The notes below the pieces were generated by a model. The model did no database searches and was not told the DNA's origin. It saw nothing but the letters and a program-made list of their open reading frames with translations. The position numbers were made by a program, and so were the translations under genes. DNA of 64,000 nt from Ignavibacteriota bacterium (GTDB lineage Bacteria > Bacteroidota > Ignavibacteria > Palsa-1295): NCBI GenBank assembly GCA_963787835.1, contig CAWBEI010000002.1, positions 288,001 through 352,000 of the forward strand, written 5' to 3'. How positions within the stretch are numbered: the stretch's first letter is position 1; each line of letters begins with the position of its first letter. Positions 60,888 through 64,000 of this stretch are shown in pieces.

Positions 60888-61136
60888 ATGTCTATGCAAA
60901 TTAAATTCAACCTTACGGGCAAATCGAACGGCATTAAAACTTACGATGTAAAGAGCGGAGAGGCTACTCTTACCACCGCAAGAAGATTGCCGGGTGTAAC
61001 GGGCTATGAAATCATCAATCCCCAAAACAACGAAGCAAAACAGGGGTTGGCAGGGGAACTCTTACGTGAGTTCTTCCCAGACCTACGGGGCGCTGCTTTA
61101 GAGATTGAAGATCAGGACGGCATGGCCATTATGTAG
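60888..61136 (+). CDS. Hypothetical protein
   Basis: 82-aa ORF ending at a hairpin shared with the convergent transposase. Confidence 0.55.
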   Translation: MSMQIKFNLTGKSNGIKTYDVKSGEATLTTARRLPGVTGYEIINPQNNEAKQGLAGELLREFFPDLRGAALEIEDQDGMAIM

Positions 61137-61147
61137 GGATGTTCAGA

Positions 61148-61173
61148 GAAGGGCGGCCCAATGGCCGCCCTTC
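61148..61173. terminator. Hairpin between convergent genes
   Basis: GAAGGGCGGCC-CAAT-GGCCGCCCTTC. Confidence 0.7.
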
Positions 61174-61175
61174 AT

Positions 61176-61809
61176 TTATTGTAACACAGTATCCCATCCC
61201 CACGCACTGTTCGCAATCCCTGCCATTTGAGCCGGAGTGCAACCGATCGAGGAATGAAAGCGCATGAAATTGTAATGATAGAAGTGAAGATTCACTGCGG
61301 CTCGTAGGTTATCGAGCTTCTTGCTCCAAGCGTTTGTCAGCCTTGTCAGTCGCCTCAACCCCATACGCATCGTGAGGTTTTGCCTCTCGATGTAGCTGGT
61401 GGAAATATCTTCTACCAGTGGTGCGCCGAATATGACTCGTAGCGTTACTCCGACCAGACGGGCGGGTGAGTAACGACGCTCCCCAATGTACGCCTCGGAA
61501 TACTTTTTGTGAACTTGTCCGTAATCAATGGCACTCTTTCCATAGACCTTGTAAATCGCACTCACATAAGCATTCCAGGCATCGGTGCTGAGTTGGTAGC
61601 GGGTTTCGATGCGATCTCGAAGCTGTTCGAGAAGCTTCATAGCACTCCACCCATCACGCTTGCCAACATAGAATGCTGGTACGAGCTTGCTATCTGCATC
61701 AATGGCAACGAAGGTGTAAGCGTCACCATATTCCGCTTTATCAGCTAACGGATCTACACGTTTCTGTTTCTTTCCCACGTATCCCCAGACTTCATCGAGC
61801 TGTATCCTT
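61176..61809 (-). pseudogene. IS1-family DDE transposase, N-terminus removed by a nested IS insertion
   Basis: QLDEVW, STDAW, STSYIERQNLTMR, TPA. Homology stops at the IS end at 61810. Confidence 0.85.
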
Positions 61810-61860
61810 GGTAGTGGCTCAGTTTGGGAACTTTCGATATTTTTATACTGAATTATGTTT

Positions 61861-62058
61861 ATGAACACACAAAAGATCGAAGTCGGCGATATGGTGAAAT
61901 TGAAAAACGGCGCAACGGTATTAATGTCCGTTCACGAATTGAACGGACATGGGATAGAATGCGATTGGTTAGATAACGAGAATAGATCGCAAAGACAGAC
62001 CTTTGCACCTGCCCAACTTATCCGTTTAACCGATTCCCAAAATAGTCAACGAGAATGA
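61861..62058 (+). CDS. YodC/DUF2158-family protein
   Basis: VGDMVKLKNG...MSV...C.W...F....L. Confidence 0.75.
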   Translation: MNTQKIEVGDMVKLKNGATVLMSVHELNGHGIECDWLDNENRSQRQTFAPAQLIRLTDSQNSQRE

Positions 62059-62212
62059 GTTGCTCCGTTATGAAGGCACCTTCTTGGAGTTCCCCGTTTT
62101 TGCTGAACCATTGGCAAATCCAATGATCTCCTGAGCCTTTGCGATTAACGCTCATTATTGGAGTGCCCTGAATGAATCCAAGATGGACTAAAGAGCCGGG
62201 TTTTATTTCCAT
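62018..62212 (-). CDS. YodC/DUF2158-family protein, second, convergent
   Basis: IKPGSLVHL...PIMSV...CQWF...F...QL. Confidence 0.7.
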   Translation of the reverse strand: MEIKPGSLVHLGFIQGTPIMSVNRKGSGDHWICQWFSKNGELQEGAFITEQLILVDYFGNRLNG

Positions 62213-62242
62213 GATTGTAATAGAATTATGGTTATGAAATAG

Positions 62243-62271
62243 AACGGGCTGGGGTGAAGTCCCAGCCCGTT
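62243..62271 (-). terminator. Hairpin downstream of the transposase
   Basis: AACGGGCTGGG-N7-CCCAGCCCGTT. Confidence 0.65.
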
Positions 62272-62284
62272 TGCGTTAACACGC

Positions 62285-63139
62285 TTAGTCAACCGTCAAA
62301 TCCCGTGTGTCAAGCAGGTCAACCAAGTCACCAATACTCCAAAGGTGATTCGTGAGTCCCGCCTTCATTGCAGGGGTCATTCTAAGGGACTGGTGAACCC
62401 TCACGAAATTGTAGTGCATGAAGTGCAAAGCGATTGATGCGATATGATGCTCAACGCTTTTCGAGAACCCATTCGTGAGCCGGGTAAAACGGCGCATTGA
62501 CATTCTCATTGTGAGGTTTTGACGCTCAACGATTGATGTAGAAATGTGATCGGCATTCGGATTTCCGAACTTCGGCTGTTTCTCAATGCTAATAACTTCA
62601 CCGGGGCTGTATCGCACGTCTGGCGAGTTGCCAGCACCTTTGCCATATTTCTTTACAAGCATTGCATAATCTACACCGTTGACGCCGAACGACTCACGAA
62701 CGGCGGTAAAATAATTTGCATGTGCGTCCGTTGTCAACTGAACGCGGTTAGCGAGACGGCTCGCTACATCACTCATGAACATATAGGCGTACTCTCCGTC
62801 ACGCCGTCCTACGAGCCATGAAATGATTAATTTGGAATCTGTATCAATGGCAGTCCAAGTCCACTGGGAACCAACATTGCCGGAAGCTCTCTCACCGTCC
62901 GTGCAATTAGCGTCTTTCTTTCCTACGAAGCTCCAAATCTCATCGGCCTCAACACGTTGCGCCGTGACACCCTTAACATTCTCATCGTGGAACTTCTCAC
63001 ACGCCGCACCTAAGTCAAGAAGGAGCTTAGAAATGGTATTCCGCGACACGTCAACCATGCGCGAAATCGCACGGATGGAATTGCCCTCGACAAGTGCCGA
63101 TACGATCTGAATTTGTTTGTCTCTGTTTAGCTTGTTCAT
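62285..63139 (-). CDS. IS1-family transposase (HTH plus DDE), intact
   Basis: LVEGNSIRAISRM, EADEIWSFVGKK, TTD, STSIVERQNLTMRM, HYNFVR.H..L..TPAM. Confidence 0.92.
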   Translation of the reverse strand: MNKLNRDKQIQIVSALVEGNSIRAISRMVDVSRNTISKLLLDLGAACEKFHDENVKGVTAQRVEADEIWSFVGKKDANCTDGERASGNVGSQWTWTAIDTDSKLIISWLVGRRDGEYAYMFMSDVASRLANRVQLTTDAHANYFTAVRESFGVNGVDYAMLVKKYGKGAGNSPDVRYSPGEVISIEKQPKFGNPNADHISTSIVERQNLTMRMSMRRFTRLTNGFSKSVEHHIASIALHFMHYNFVRVHQSLRMTPAMKAGLTNHLWSIGDLVDLLDTRDLTVD

Positions 63140-63211
63140 GATAACTTAAACGGGTTACCCTAAGCATAAGTTTCAGTTTGTTTATTATTCTTCAAACAAA
63201 ATAGCATTCGT

Positions 63212-63422
63212 TAAGAAACCCGCGCCGGAACAATCCCGGCGCGGGTATGGTTAGTATAACCACGAGAGAAGCCGCCCGCCCGCAAAAGCAAACGGCTCCC
63301 CCTCCGTAACGCAAAAGCGTTACGCCTTTCACGGTAATCGTAAAAAGGGTGCTGGTGAAGCCACTAAAGGCTCTAACCGATTCCACGAAGTAGAAAGCGA
63401 CAGGAATCAGGCCACCAGCAAA
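63212..63422 (-). ncRNA. Candidate structured RNA upstream of the IS1-family transposase
   Basis: Three-way junction, four hairpins and a terminator-like stem; G-U pairs favour the minus strand. Confidence 0.5.
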
Positions 63423-63470
63423 ATCAATATTAGGGGCTAATTTCGCCGTAGGAAGCGATTTTAGCCCTTT

Positions 63471-63992
63471 TTATTCATCTTGTTTCGCTAAATTCCATTC
63501 TTTTAACCAGATTAAGTCGCCCTGACGCACGATTCTATCATCTTGTCCAACGCCGATAGCGAAGTTTCGGAATTCAAAAGTCTTGTTTCCGCTTCCCTTA
63601 TAGCCGTTTTTAACGAGGTGGTCGTATGCTTTCCTGAGAGAGTATTTGGCTGTTTTCTGTATTTTTAATAGCGCATAGGTCGCATTCGATGCCGTCATGC
63701 CAGTATAGAGTCCGGGCGACGGTAGATCGCCCTCATCCTCTTCATTCTCGGAAGCATCCTGTTCATCTTCATTTTCATCCGAAATCTCAATAAATTGTAG
63801 GAGTTCATCCGCCACGCCGGGTTTTAAGAATGAGGCAAGCCGATCATTCTCTTCCTTCAAAATCTCAATTTTTCCATCATTTTCAGCGATTTTAGCCCTA
63901 ATTTTGCTCTCTGAAAAGGTTATCATGATTTTCTCTGAATTATTTTTTGATGTTCTCGGTTCTATGGTTGCTACAAAATGCAAAACAGCCAT
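63471..63992 (-). CDS. Coiled-coil, acidic linker and putative winged-HTH protein
   Basis: Domain pattern by eye; C-term helix-helix...LKEW. Start uncertain. Confidence 0.6.
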   Translation of the reverse strand: MAVLHFVATIEPRTSKNNSEKIMITFSESKIRAKIAENDGKIEILKEENDRLASFLKPGVADELLQFIEISDENEDEQDASENEEDEGDLPSPGLYTGMTASNATYALLKIQKTAKYSLRKAYDHLVKNGYKGSGNKTFEFRNFAIGVGQDDRIVRQGDLIWLKEWNLAKQDE

Positions 63993-64000
63993 TAGTAGCG

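Larger units (their letters stand above)
54293..64000 (-). mobile_element. Nested IS1-family/IS1595 cargo island, extending beyond the window
   Basis: IS1-type end GGTACTGTCCTAATTAG at 54293; three transposase genes; many small ORFs; visibly more AT-rich than the flank. Confidence 0.65.
61810..64000 (-). mobile_element. Inner IS1-family element with passenger genes; other end not seen in the window
   Basis: Terminal repeat GGTAGTGGCTCAGTTTG at 61810-61826. Confidence 0.75.

Overview
64-kb window from an FCB-group bacterium. Abundant T9SS C-terminal domains, a PorV homolog and TAnnTTTG promoters point to a Bacteroidota/Chlorobiota/Ignavibacteriota relative, possibly Kapabacteria-like; this is inference only. 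Positions 1-54.2 kb are core or envelope genes: LPS enzymes, PBP1A, engB, gltA, LptF/G, dsbD, a YitJ-like protein and cmk. They are mixed with about 10 T9SS cargo genes, a TonB-receptor/large cargo/PorV/GWxTD operon, a Tat-signal DUF1800-DUF1501 pair and several REP-like palindrome families. Three genes carry four single-base +1 frameshifts, probably assembly errors. From 54,293 to the window end lies an AT-richer mobile island. It has an IS1-family-type terminal repeat, an IS1595 transposase, a truncated IS1-type transposase interrupted by a second IS1-type element, and a T9SS metzincin with its partner gene. Most notable are repeated, diverged cargo modules with conserved non-coding flanks, and densely structured non-coding regions upstream of both intact transposases that share a TGCTGG(C/T)G..C(A/G)CCAGCA-closed three-way junction. 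No rRNA, tRNA or CRISPR array was recognised. All family calls are from motif recognition by eye, not database searches.
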